DNA of 62,903 nt, filler included, from Basidiobolus ranarum (GCA_040143965.1; 30 parts of 30 records of this genome joined end to end with filler, not necessarily neighbours in it); one strand, 5' to 3'. Counted from the first letter of the whole stretch, positions 36,593 to 49,030 are shown. Translations and numbers: made by a program. The notes: generated from the letters alone by a model not told the origin.

Positions 36593-36798
36593 GCTAATTT
36601 CATTCCATATGTATTTAACCATGTACAATATTATACATTTTATGTTTAAATAAAACCCGATCAGAGAATAAAAAGTTTTCTTCTTTAATATCTCACCTGC
36701 CCGGAGGTTCCTATCGTATGTTCCCTAACGTTACCAGTATTGATTATGATTTTTAATGTTATGATATTAAAAATGAGATACAGTGAGTAAAAAAACGA

Positions 36799-36870
36799 GG
36801 GCTCAACCGGGAATTGAACCCGGGACCTCCACGACCCGAACGAGGAATCATACGACTAGACCATTGAGCC
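36799..36870 (-). tRNA. tRNA-Pro(CGG)
   Basis: Acceptor stem GGCTCAA/TTGAGCC; anticodon loop TT-CGG-GT; T arm CCGGG-TTCAATT-CCCGG; T7 Pol III terminator just downstream (36789-36795). Confidence 0.9.
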
Positions 36871-37854
36871 CTGACTTATAGAGATAAAAATTGGAAATGG
36901 CCATTATTCTACAGAGGTTGGTTCCTGAGGTGAGTGCAATTTTGGGACTTGATTCACTGATAAATTGATTGATTAATTTTATTTCGATTGTGCTATTTTT
37001 ATAGGGTTGATCAGGGGAAAATCGAGTGGCATTCCTGCCGGATTTGGGAGTATGCTAATTTCGAAACATGTATATAACACTGACGGCCTGTTTCCGATGT
37101 CTTGTACTTTTGTCTTCACTGTTGGTTCGTTTTGAAATTTATACATATGTTAGAACAATAGTATGGAAATATCTACCTAAAATTTAGTAATGATTCGTCC
37201 AGTAGTTCTGGAGATATATGCATTTCTTTTTCTGTTTCGGTGATTGTGAGACGTGTGGGAGAGGTGTAGAGATGAAACTTGGTGGAGGTCAAGGTTTGCT
37301 TAAGCACTATATGTGTGCAAAATATTGAGTTGATTGAGACATTATGTTGTCTCCAAAATTGCCATCGCTTTTGTCTGATAATCCAATTTCGTAACAATTC
37401 TCTCAAGATCTGGTGAACTTTCATTGCTGGTGAGATGTACTCAGTATTATAAAGAATACTCAAAATCTCTTAGTTGTTAAATACTTCGTCTTTGATGGAG
37501 CTTCATGTACAACATCCATAAATACAAAGCCTGCATAGAAGTATTGCGACTTATTACAATCCAATAGTAAGTGTATCATTTGTCACAACACAATGTTTGT
37601 ACTTGCTTAAAATCAGATATTTTGTCTTTGATAAAAATAATGAGAGATATGGTCAACGCATCGGCACAATTTCCCACAAACCAAATAAATGGTTACTGGT
37701 AGTTGGTTCCTAATTGTTGACTTTCCATCTAGAGCACTTAAGACAACTAAATAGNNNNNNNNNNNNNNNNNNNNNNNNNNNNNNNNNNNNNNNNNNNNTT
37801 AATTAATTAANNNNNNNNNNNNNNNNNNNNNNNNNNNNNNNNNNNNNNNNNNNN

Positions 37855-38035
37855 TGCTTGTATAGCTGAAATGCCAAAGTACCATACATTGACAGACTAG
37901 GTTAAGGTTCCCTAGCAATATAGGCATAGCATACAAGGACTGGTAGCTCAGTGCTTAGAGCACCTTGCTAGAGTGAAGTAGGTCCCAGGTTCAAATCCTG
38001 GCCAGACCAATATTTCTCCCTAAAAAAATTCAACA
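37855..38035 (+). mobile_element. 3' part of LTR family D carrying a tRNA-like cassette (37937-38009)
   Basis: Cloverleaf-like GGACTGG..GCTC AGTGCTTA GAGC..CCAGG TTCAAAT CCTGG CCAGACC, then 26 bp to the LTR end TTCAACA; second copy at 46246-46327. Confidence 0.75.
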
Positions 38036-38042
38036 ATGTTTT

Positions 38043-38374
38043 TGTTGAAATTAGCATTATCTAAGCACCTATATGGTCCTATGTAGTTTAGTATTAAGTT
38101 GTCTTTTATTTTACTAAGATATTTGAAATTTACTTGGAAAATTTTTACCATATTAGAAATTCTCAAATATGTAGATTTTTTCCAACTTGTGCTAGAAGCC
38201 CCAAACTTTGCACACTTGTTCTTGCAACCTTCCTTAACATATTCTAAATGATAGTTATCTTACTTGTTGACAAAACCATAAAGGTGAACTTCCTACTCAA
38301 GAACTCAATCAGTGAAAACAAGCAATTTCTCTAATTTTCAAACCACTTCCAACAGGCTCCAAAATACTTCAACA
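38043..38374 (+). mobile_element. Solo LTR family B, near-TSD GTTTT/GTTAT
   Basis: TGTTGAAATTAGC...CTTCAACA; reverse complement of 53166-53510. Confidence 0.85.
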
Positions 38375-38951
38375 GTTATATAGATGGAGTTGGTTAAAGC
38401 AGCTGTATATCTGAAGAATAGGAGTTTTACTAGAAGTCTGTCTAACTATACACCATATCAAGCTTGGTTGGCAGTTAAACTTGATATAAAGCATTTGAGG
38501 ATCTTTGGATACAGTGCTTATGTAACTTATGCAAAACCAAAATTTTTAAGTTAATCAAGTCCAGGGATGATTTGTTTGATGAAACTGAAACACTTTCACC
38601 CAAAATGACCTCCCATGACAACAGAAATCAATTTTCTCCTGATCCGATCATTCAAATAGCTTGATACTAAAACAATAAAGAAAATAACATTCCTTCAGAC
38701 CCCTTGACCATGATTCACACTACCAAAGTGCCCAACATAGTGCCACAAGTTGCAGTACCTATATCCCAAAAAAGGTGATCAAATTGGATCCAAAACAGCT
38801 TTAATAAGTATATCAATCAGTCTCAAAACTGAGCCTATGCCTGCACAGGTCAAGTCCATGAGCCCTACACTGTAAAAGAGATCCTAAATGGCCATCACAC
38901 ATAATTTTAAAGATATGCAAGGGCTGTTGAGCACCAGGCTTTGATTGATAA
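38375..38951 (+). pseudogene. Ty1/copia integrase tail remnant
   Basis: AVYLKNRSFTRSLS (also at 29310-29356), TPYQAW, HLRIFG. Confidence 0.8.
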
Positions 38952-39487
38952 CCCTAACAGAAATTGGAGGATTGTAATTGTAAGAAAACTGTCTCATTTT
39001 TAATCCATTTTGGATTGACCGTTTACTTACCATCATAAAACTGCTAAGTAGGATTTTATATAAATCAATTTTTTCTGTTTCAGGAGTGAAATTGTAAGAT
39101 CTTGCAAAATAATTGCACATTATTGGATACAATCTCAGAAAACTATGGATCAACACTTGTGCAAAAAACACAACTCAAATTTTACACATTTACCACTGGA
39201 ATGCTAATTTGTCATCTCCAGTATCACTGGTTTTTTTGATACATTCTCCTGAATATTTTTATCAAGTGCTTCATACCCAAGGTTTAGCTCATATCCAACA
39301 TGAGTTTGTATCAATATCTCTATCAAAGCCCTCCATTGTATTAATGTTGCTGAATCAACATTCTTCCAGCCATCTGGTGGATACCTTGCAATATTGTGCC
39401 ACTCTGTATTAAGTTCTTCCCAGATATCTGCATAGTCAACACCAGACTGAATGTCAAGTTGAATATTCTTCTTCTGAAGCCACTTTC
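38952..39487 (+). mobile_element. CACTA-like left arm
   Basis: CCCTAACAGAAAT terminus; reverse complement of 52615-53151. Confidence 0.85.
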
Positions 39488-39853
39488 TGTTGAAGTTTAT
39501 TGTCTTTGTCATATTTATTATCTCTATCTTTATACAACTAACTATTTCATATATCACATATAAGTTAGTTAACATTACTTAGTCAAATATCACCTAGCTG
39601 AAAATCAGAACATATATTATATATATATGTGAATAATGTGAGAACTAGCATTTCCATATTGGAAATTTCAAACTCATCCAAATTGCCCCAAAAATAGTTC
39701 ATTTTACTCCAACAGATGTTCTGAACACAACCCCAGTGTTAGTTTTCTGTATTTCAATCAAAATGTATAAATGATTTATTTCTGGACAATAAACAATTAT
39801 CTCTCAAAGCTATTCACAACTCCATTTTTCTCAAGTTCCTCAAAACAGCCCAT
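39488..39853 (+). mobile_element. LTR family A copy, cut by the contig end
   Basis: TGTTGAAGTTTATTG start, inserted in the CACTA left arm. Confidence 0.85.
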
Positions 39854-40034
39854 NNNNNNNNNNNNNNNNNNNNNNNNNNNNNNNNNNNNNNNNNNNNTTA
39901 ATTAATTAANNNNNNNNNNNNNNNNNNNNNNNNNNNNNNNNNNNNNNNNNNNNATTGGGTAAGTTACAGTATAAATTGTTTATTGTTACACATTCAGTAA
40001 TTTGTAAGTTACAAACTAGGGGATGAATTTACTT

Positions 40035-40273
40035 TGTCAGTTACCCAAAATCGTAATTTGGCAATACTAAATCGGGTAACTTGGTACAGGCTGGCACAAT
40101 ATCTCCAAAAAAATCATTGTGTCCGATTGTGGTGGGATAGTGCCATATTGTTCCTTATAGTGTCTGATCGAGTGTTATAGGACCCAGCCATGGTAATTGA
40201 CAGATCATGCCAGATGGTGTACTAGCAGGCTGGATTGAGCGGCACAATATGACCTGATCCGATGGAACAAGTC
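40035..40273 (-). repeat. Repeat ending in GACTTGTTCCAT; probable other end of the Harbinger-like element
   Basis: Reverse complement of 47994-48235; shares its terminal 12-mer with 42553-42564. Confidence 0.6.
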
Positions 40274-40839
40274 TAATACTTCAGTAGCAAGAATTATGGG
40301 GATTGAGTAAGCTAGTTTCATACCCACAAAGACTGGATGGATGTTTATTAAGGGAGATCCTGCTGTATTTATACTTAATTAATATAAATGAATGACATGC
40401 ATTTACCAATTACTACTTGAAGTAGTCTATCAGGATATAGCTACATCATAATGGGGTAGCACAGTCCTTGGCCAAGACATGCTAACATAGTGCAGCTATC
40501 AGCTGGTTCCAGTTGGGTTGGCATACTAAATTTGATCAGGTGACCAACTAGGAAAGAAGAGATTTGCTCTTGCAACCCTACATGGTAGATTACTATAAGA
40601 CCTGCCATGCATTCTACCATAAATACTATTGTTGCAATAAGGAACTGGACAAGGACTGGAAGCAGCAACAAGAGGCTATAAAGCAGGAGGGTACTTGGGT
40701 GTAGACCACAAGGCAAGACAAGACTGGAAAGTGAAGATACTTTGGCAAGAATCTTTCTTGATAAATGGCATTGATCAGACTGAGATCTGATCAAGGAAAA
40801 CAGGGAGCTTATATAGATATTGCAGGGTGAAATGTAATA

Positions 40840-41110
40840 CACTGAATAGGGAATATACTGTGGCAAGTTCAAGTATTGGGATGTTAGAGACTACAAGTAC
40901 TAATACAAAGAAGGATGATGTAAGGATCATCAGGTGACCTTGCATGGAAGGTCTTAGCAGAAATAGAGTATATGTAGGATGACATGATTGGTTTCATGGA
41001 ATGTTCCAAAGAACATGACTTTCATACAAGGTAACCGGGATGAACCAGCACAAGATTGCTGAGACAGGATGGCACAGCAGATATGATATCATAAACAAAC
41101 AATAGAAGAG
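40840..41110 (+). repeat. Unclassified decayed repeat
   Basis: Reverse-complement homolog at about 45870-46145. Confidence 0.65.
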
Positions 41111-41305
41111 TTCCATTTGCAGTGGATGATTATATTGAGATCAGAAACATGATAACTACTGGAACATCATATGGCTGCAGACTTTTATTGATTGATATTT
41201 AGATAACTGATACTGATGGTTCCAATATTATCAATGTGATGCTAATGCCAACATACAAATAATATAAATACTACATAGCTAAGCTAATGCTTTCAACTTC
41301 TATGA

Positions 41306-41600
41306 TTAGCAAATCAAAAAATCACTCTCACCAATAATGAGAAGGCTCCCATGAGTCTTTCTTCCTGTGGTACCAGTATTTGGTGGTGAAACAACTTCTT
41401 CAAGTTTGATAACTGTGTGTCTGACTTGGTGGACTGAGCCTTCTAAGGTGACTCCTTGTTTATCCTCTAGCTGATTTGTCTGGAAGCAGTACTCCCTAAT
41501 TACTTTGAAAGGTCCTGTCCAAGAACGGTCACCCTTGCTGCTTTTATGTTTTTCACACCACCAAGGCTCCTTCAGCAATTAGTTTAAAGTCAGCAGTGTT
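41306..41600 (-). pseudogene. Ty3/gypsy integrase C-terminal (GPY/F) remnant
   Basis: SKGDRSWTGPFKV...QLED..G..L...VH. Confidence 0.6.
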
Positions 41601-42051
41601 GTCAAAATGAGTCTTCATCATTGAAACACTGGTTTAATTCTTACTTTTCCTATATTCATTTTTTAAATAAGCTTTTCCATTGCAGTCATATGGTGAGCTC
41701 ATATTTCTAATGGTCAGGAAGCTTTGGTTGCCAAGAATCTCCTGCAATTTTTGGCTGATATCCATAGACTAAGTAGAAAAGGGACTTCTGAGTTGTAGTT
41801 TATATGATGATATGGCAAGCAAAGGTGGCTTGCTCAATGTACTCATCCTGCTTCTGTGTTGCCTGCTGACATACTTGGAAAGTCACATGACTTATAAGCT
41901 AATTCAGTTATGTAGGATTAGGGCAGTAAGGTATTTGCTAATCAGCAACATNNNNNNNNNNNNNNNNNNNNNNNNNNNNNNNNNNNNNNNNNNNNTTAAT
42001 TAATTAANNNNNNNNNNNNNNNNNNNNNNNNNNNNNNNNNNNNNNNNNNNN

Positions 42052-42564
42052 CCCCCTGTGTAAAGTTCCAGGCTTTGACAGATTTGGAAGGAAATATCAT
42101 TTGGTTTAGTGGGCCACATCCAGGGAGACACCATGACACAAGGCTTTGGGTTGAGAGGCAAAAGCTTTATAATGACATTTTTTCCCATTTTAGAGCAAGA
42201 GTAGAAAATAGCTTTGGTTTCCTAAAGAGATGTAGCATTGTGGCAGGAAAGTGTAGAGGAAAATCATTTTGTGGGCCTCAATCAAAGTTAGGCAAAGTAG
42301 TCAAAATCTTGATTAATTCTCAATACATCCATACTCAAAGATATCCATCGAGAGCTCTGGACTTAAGACACTATGAGTAAAGCTTTCATCATCTTTTGAA
42401 TGTGCCATAATGTCAAAAGTACTTTTCTTAAATATACCACATAAGTAAATTAAACTGTTTCCAAAATGGTAAATAACATTGTGTTGGATAGTGCCCAGTC
42501 ATGCCAATTTGTGCTGGCACACTTTTTTGCTGGCCTGATCTGGCTCAATAAAATGGAACAAGTC
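42052..42564 (+). mobile_element. PIF/Harbinger-like (DDE_Tnp_4) transposase C-terminal fragment and right end
   Basis: TDLEGNIIWFSGPHPGRHHD and YN...RARVENSFG.LK motifs (the middle Asp segment appears deleted); ends ATGGAACAAGTC, then copia gag resumes. Confidence 0.75.
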
Positions 42565-44048
42565 TAGTCATGACACTACTTAGGAGCCTGCTAAATGAGC
42601 TTGGGGACCTCATTATTGCCCTAGAATCAAGATCAGAGCCATTAACCATGGAATATGGAGGTGTTAGGCTTTGGAATGGAGAAATAAGGAGATCAAATTC
42701 TCAACAAAATAATGCAGAACAGGCATTTTTTGGAGCTGTAAAACATCCAACAGGCTTCAATTATGGCGCCTCTAATAGGATATCAATCATCTTCTAGTAT
42801 TACAAGAAACCTGGCCATATTATCAAATATTGCAAAAAAAGGATTTTTGCCAAAAAGCTGATATTGAAACAAGCAAATCAAGTAAGCACCAATAGGCATC
42901 ATCTATCTGTGTCTGCCTTATTGGTAACCAATACAGAAGACTCAGAAATGTGGTGCATTGATTCCGCAGCTTCCCAGCATACATCAAACAAGAAAGATTG
43001 GTTTTCCAGCTTAAAACCTAACCAAACAATGAACATCTACTTAAATGATGACTATGTACTAGATGCAGCTGGTAAAGGTGCAGTTGTACTCAATTTAGAC
43101 CAAAATTTAGCTAAACCATCTGCAAAATTAGATGATGTACCCTATGTACCAACTATACCAAAAATCTACGCCCAGTAAGCCAAGCAACAACTCAAGGACT
43201 AAATTCCATGTTCAGTAAGGCTGGATGCACTATCATAGATCAGAATAATACCAAATTAGCTACTGGGATCAAAACTCAAAACTTATACAAGCTAGAAATG
43301 CACAAATTGCTTTCTAAGTATGCACACTTGGCCAATCTGTGTGAAGGTGCATCTATGGAAAACATCACAGACAGCTGTTTTCCAGCTCTGAAGAGATCAA
43401 ATCAACTCAGAATTTTGCCCTAATTCATTCTGACCTATGTGGGCCCTTAAAAATATCTCACTAGGTGGAAAGAGGTACTTTATGATCTTTATTGATGCCC
43501 AAACAAGATATACTTTGGTATTCAGTCCCAAATCAACATCTGAAGCCTTAGCTACATTCAAGCACTACAAAATAATGGTAGGGAAAAAATCAGGCCAAAA
43601 AATAAACGTACTAAGAAGTGTTAATGGTGGAGATTACTGCTCAAAAGACTTTACTAGTTTTTGTTCTAAACATGAAATTAAGAAACAAACTACTGTAGCT
43701 CATAATCCACAGCAAAATGGAGTTGCTGAACATGCTAATAGGAGCATGGTGGAGATGGCAAGATCAATGTTACATGATTAAAAGTAGAATGCCAATATTG
43801 AGCTGAATCTGCTGCACTGTAGTCTATATCAAAAATAGATGCCCAACAAGATTGATACAAAATTCTACTCCATTTGAAGCCCTATATGGATCAAGATCAA
43901 GTGTAGATCATCTCAGGCCCTTTGGTTGCACAGAAAATTATCTGATTCCAGCTCAAAAACGCTCCAAATTGGATTCAAAAAGCCGCAAATGCATATTTCT
44001 TGGCTACTGTGACAGATATTAGGCTTATACACTCCTAAATACCAAAAA
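42565..44048 (+). pseudogene. Ty1/copia gag-protease-integrase, degenerate
   Basis: ALESR, KKPGH knuckle, WCIDSAAS, LIHSDLCGP, LRS.NGGDY, PQQNGVAE, KRSKLDSK. Confidence 0.92.
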
Positions 44049-44148
44049 NNNNNNNNNNNNNNNNNNNNNNNNNNNNNNNNNNNNNNNNNNNNTTAATTAA
44101 TTAANNNNNNNNNNNNNNNNNNNNNNNNNNNNNNNNNNNNNNNNNNNN

Positions 44149-44648
44149 TGTCACTTATTTTGGAAGGATATGCTGATGCAGACTGGGCTAACTATACAGA
44201 AGACCATGAATCCAGAACTGGATATGTGTTTAAGCTAGCAGGTGGGCCAATAAGCTGGACTAGCAAGAAACAACAAACTGTTGCATTATCAACTACAGAA
44301 GCAAACTATATGGCAATCTCTATGGCTGTTCAAGAAGCTATATGGCAAAGGAGTCTTCTCAAGGAACTAGGATATGATCAAGGTAATCCTACCCCTATAT
44401 ATCAAGATAATATTAGTTGTATTCAGATCACCAAGAATCCCAAGCATCACTCAAGGATGAAACATATTGACATAAGACATAATTTTATACAAGAGAAAGT
44501 TCAAGACAAAGAAGTGAACTCCAATTATTGTAATACTGAACACATGCTTGCAGATATACTAACAAAACCACTAAAAACTTCAAGCTTTGAGAAGTTAATA
44601 GCAGGAATAGGCATTAGGAATATAAGCACAATGCTGAATACAAATTAA
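44149..44648 (+). pseudogene. Ty1/copia RNase H
   Basis: [53 protein letters not shown]. Confidence 0.95.
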
Positions 44649-44655
44649 GGAAAGG

Positions 44656-44971
44656 TGTTGGATAATTAATCTTTATTCAACATCATTGTTAACCTTAGTT
44701 ATGATACATATATCTGAAACAGACAGCAATGTATCTATAGCCCCTATATTCTAAATAGGAATATCTTTATATCTATATCACAAGTATGTCTTATTATCCA
44801 CACTTATCTAATATATCTTATTACACAAACTCCTGAATATCTTAAACAATTGATTTTCTTTTCTAATATATAAGTCACCATATACTCTTGAGAATAAACT
44901 AACTAAAACACACTATCATAAGTTGCTTCTAATACACAAAGTCTACCCCCATTATAAAAGATCCTCCAACA
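44656..44971 (+). mobile_element. 3' LTR (further family) after PPT AAGGAAAGG
   Basis: TGTTGGA...TCCAACA inverted ends directly after RNase H and the PPT. Confidence 0.8.
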
Positions 44972-46245
44972 GTAACTAATATTACATGTTTTACCAAAAC
45001 AGGTAACATCCCTTAAAATTTTGCTATTTGTCACCCATTATCTCATGAAACTCCACTTCCTCAACTTCACTGGGTTCAAGTCCCACCAGCATCTGCAAAA
45101 AGCAAAACAGCTGGTCATGCTTGCTGACCTACATTATTATTGAAATCTGCATTAATAGCTTTTGCATATTTGCTCCTGCTCATCAAATTGTTGGCATTGA
45201 AGATTTCTTTGGTTTACTAGTGGTTGCACCATCTTTATTAGCAAGTACAGTTATATTAATATATTTCAAAATCTATGAGTTTGAGCTGCTAATCAATAAC
45301 ATTGATTTAGGTTGTGAACTTCTTTTAGCAGCCTGTCAGGGTTCAGTTTTCCTTAGAATAAGGTGTTGGGTATGGCTTCTTTTGCTGTATAGTTGGAGTA
45401 TGTCAGCTTGATTCAGCAGTAGAATTGTTGGCAATATTTGTACACATTCCTGACTGGATAAACTCAGGTCCTATATTCTCTTGTGGGTCATTTGAGGAGA
45501 GAGACTTCACCACAATCAGAGCCTGTGTTCTGGCTTTGAAATAGTCATGTGCATCCTTCATGAACTTCAACAGATAGACCAGTGGTTGCCCAATACCCAT
45601 TGGTCTAGCAAAATACTATTTAAGCAAGGAGAAAGCAACCCCCAACCTCTGTGATGAATTGAGCAAAACATAAACTGAGTTTTGACAACAGTGCAATTCA
45701 ATTGTAGTTGGGCCTATAAAATACTTGCTCAAACACCATCAGAAGGTGCTTGCAAATCCAATGAATCAGTATCCCAACTATCAGAAGCTTCTCTTGAATC
45801 ACAAACACTTTGAAAAGGTCAAGATCTGTCATAATTCTGATCTTGGCTTTCTTATACTCTCCAAATAGAACTCTTCTATTACTCAATTATGACATCATAT
45901 CTGCTGTGCCATCCTTGCTTAGCAATCTTGTGCCAGTTCATCCAGGTTACCTTCTATGGAAGTCATGTTCCTTGGAATATTCCATGAAACTTGACTAATC
46001 AAATTGGCCCACATATAGTGTATTTCTGCCAAGACCTTCCATGGAAGGTCACCTGATAATCCTTACATCATCCCTCTTGTATTGGTCTTTGTAGACACCA
46101 ACACCCCAACACTTGAACTTGCCCCAGTATATTCCCTATTCAGTANNNNNNNNNNNNNNNNNNNNNNNNNNNNNNNNNNNNNNNNNNNNTTAATTAATTA
46201 ANNNNNNNNNNNNNNNNNNNNNNNNNNNNNNNNNNNNNNNNNNNN

Positions 46246-46400
46246 GTTAGAGCACCTTGCTAGAGTGAAGGAGGCCCCAGGTTCAAATCTTGGCCAGACC
46301 AATATTTCTCCCTAAATAATTTCAATAGGTTATGAGCCCTGGTTAGTGCTAAATCTGGAAATTCTGCTTGATGGGGAATGTTGAAAGTCTGGTGACTTGT
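46246..46400 (+). mobile_element. TRIM-like element: LTR D end (to 46327), PBS (46328-46341), PPT (46369-46378), next LTR start TGTTGAAA (46379)
   Basis: tRNA-like 3' half, TTCAATA, GGTTATGAGCCCTG, short spacer, TGATGGGGAA, TGTTG. Confidence 0.7.
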
Positions 46401-46879
46401 GGAACAAGCAGTAATTCCCAACTGAGAGCCCAATTTTTACTCCAACTAAATGACCACAGAAATCCACTGGTCAAGAAGTGGCTAGTCAAACTATCTTCAA
46501 ATTAACTCTCTTGCTGGAAACTGATACAAGATGACCCTCTTGTTTCTGAACTAGCTTAACAACTGCATCAAAGAAAACAGCCCAAAATTGTTGCTGTAGA
46601 CTTTCAGCTAGATCTTTGAAAGCAATACCTATCCTCCAAGACGCCTTTTTTGATCCCCATTATACCAGGCTTTTGTCCTATTGTCCATTTGGTTTGTACT
46701 GTATATCTTCCTTTCTGCTTACTACCTTTACCCCTTAACACTGTATTTACACCCTTGTAACTAGATTATATTTGATATCAAGTTAAGTATGGATATGATC
46801 TGGTTTTGTCACACTATCTTAAAAGATTGATGTCATGATTGTCACTTTGTTTAGATTAGTATATAAACTAAATAAAGTC

Positions 46880-47180
46880 CATGCCACCTGGGGCATTTCA
46901 TCCCCCTAAGTGCCATTTGCTTGCAAAACCCAGGATAAGCCACATGAAATGAGTCAAGAATCTTCTGATGCCTTGTTTTTGGTTTTTCCATAATTGGCTT
47001 AAATCAAGGTGATTCTGTGCAAGATTCCATACAGTTTCCAAAATTTTTAATCATTCATCATCAGAGTAAGTGACAGCAGCTCTGATATTTAGAGTCTTAT
47101 GGTTTGCTGGTTTTCCTATGAGATTTCTTCTTGTGTGTGCTCAACAATGTTGGGTCATTGTGTATGCTTAATGGCCATGT
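46880..47180 (-). pseudogene. CACTA-like accessory ORF fragment
   Basis: Homologous to 22070-22370. Confidence 0.7.
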
Positions 47181-47993
47181 TGTGTACAAGAGAAAAGTGG
47201 ATAACAAGTCTTGAACTTGACTGAACCAAAGAAATGGTTAAGTGCAGAATCTTAGAACTGTTTAAGCAGGATATATCAGCAGAGCAGATCTAATCAATAT
47301 ATGTCTTTGGAATAGCTGTGTGTTGCTATGTTATGAAAGAGAGTAGGTTTGCTAGGCAGCTAGGCTTGGTATTTTGTAGTTGTAGTGGATACTAGGCTTG
47401 GATAGAAATGAGAGGGGAATATTGAATTTGTTGAGAAGCACTGAGAAGTGTTGTGATCCTATATTTGTTGAGATACACACTAAACCAAAAGGTTCAGTTA
47501 GCTTTGTTTATGCTTTTTGATAGCAAAGTGAATTAGTCAGCACCAAGATAATAAATAACTAATTCTGATAAAAGACAATGTGATTGGATAGATAGATAGA
47601 AAGATATGTGAGTCATGCATCAGCTGAAGGATTAGGGTATAGATGTTCTGTTAAAGATAAGGGAGTGTAAGGATGAAAAGAGGGGGTCTGGTTGATGCAG
47701 TCCTCCCAGTATAAAAGAAAGTGGGGGGTTTGCGGGATGCAATCCTCCATGTACACCCCTCTCTCAGAATATTCACAAGTCACTAGTATATGGGAAGAAT
47801 TGTGCTTGCCCAAATTTTCCAAAGCCCAGATTACAGACCTTTGCCTGAAATCTTGAAGAGAAACTATTCCCAAAACTTCTATCAAGTCTTCACACAAATT
47901 TATAGATTGTCACAATTTTGTGAAATTTCTCAATTTAATATTTACCAACAATTGACTTTCTTAGAATGTTCATGTATCTCACTTCCAACAGTA

Positions 47994-48241
47994 GCCTTGT
48001 TCCATTGGACCAGGTCAGATTGCACTGCTTGATCCAGCCTGCTATCATACCATCTGGTGCAATCTGTCAATTACCATGGCTGGGTCCTATAACACTCAAT
48101 TGGACACTACAAGGAACAATATGGCACTGTCCCACCACAATTGGACACAATAATTTTTTTGGAGATATTGTGACAGCCCATACCAAGTTATCCAATTTAG
48201 TATTGCCAAATTAAGATTTTGGGTAACTCACAAAGCAAGAT
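47994..48241 (+). repeat. Second copy of the G(A/C)CTTGTTCCAT-ended repeat
   Basis: Reverse complement of 40035-40273. Confidence 0.7.
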
Positions 48242-48379
48242 NNNNNNNNNNNNNNNNNNNNNNNNNNNNNNNNNNNNNNNNNNNNTTAATTAATTAANNN
48301 NNNNNNNNNNNNNNNNNNNNNNNNNNNNNNNNNNNNNNNNNCTTTTCTTTGGTTGAGACCTGATTTGCTTGTTCTGACT

Positions 48380-49030
48380 TCTCACTATACAGGTCATGAA
48401 AGTAATAATGCAGCAATATTGCAATTAATGCAGCATTCTGAAGCAACTAGTCAATAGTCAGAGAGTTACTCAACAATGATACAAGACCTTCCAAAAGGAG
48501 TACTTGGGCTACAGCAACATGCAACACCTGCCATCCATTCTCAATTGCAATTTCAATCAATCCCACACCATACATACAAACATCACTATGACAATCTAGC
48601 AGAGCAGCATATGTGTTGGATTATTAAGCCTGCACAACAACCCAAAATTGCTTGAGCATATGGAAGCAGAAATCTCATAGGAAAACCAGCAAGCTAAAAG
48701 GCTCTGAATTTCAGAGCAGCTGTCACCAGTGCTGATAATGAGTGGTTTTACATTTTGGAAACTATGCATAATCTTGCCTGATATTACCTTAATTTGAGCC
48801 AATCATGCAAAAACCAAAAACCGGGCTTTACCTCAAGATTATTGATGTATTTAATGTGGCTTTTCCTGTGTTTTACAAGCAAATGGCCATTGGGCTAGTA
48901 TATTCCTATGCATCAAACATCTCAGAAATGTATACAATTGTCAGCTTTAAAAGAAAAGAAAGCAGCTGAAGAAGTACTCAAAGAGAAGGAAGTTAATAAA
49001 TCCAAGGGAAATGCAAAGGAGCCAGTAAGT
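48380..49030 (+). pseudogene. CACTA-like accessory ORF fragment
   Basis: NNAAILQLMQH..SMIQDL matches 58816-59040; continues to KEKKAAEEVLKEKEV, also seen at 21960-22040. Confidence 0.78.

Noticed and set aside
29457-36870. Apparent cluster of aldolase, NRPS, Hsp70 and tRNA
   Set aside because: Aldolase, NRPS and Hsp70 lie on separate size-sorted contigs; only Hsp70 and the tRNA are truly linked.
37937-38009. Functional tRNA-Ser(AGA)
   Set aside because: No long variable arm, mispaired anticodon and acceptor stems, no T-run terminator, and it sits inside a repeated LTR end.
47580-47990. Possible additional LTR ending TCCAACA
   Set aside because: 5' end ambiguous, with no second copy, TSD, PBS or PPT in the window.
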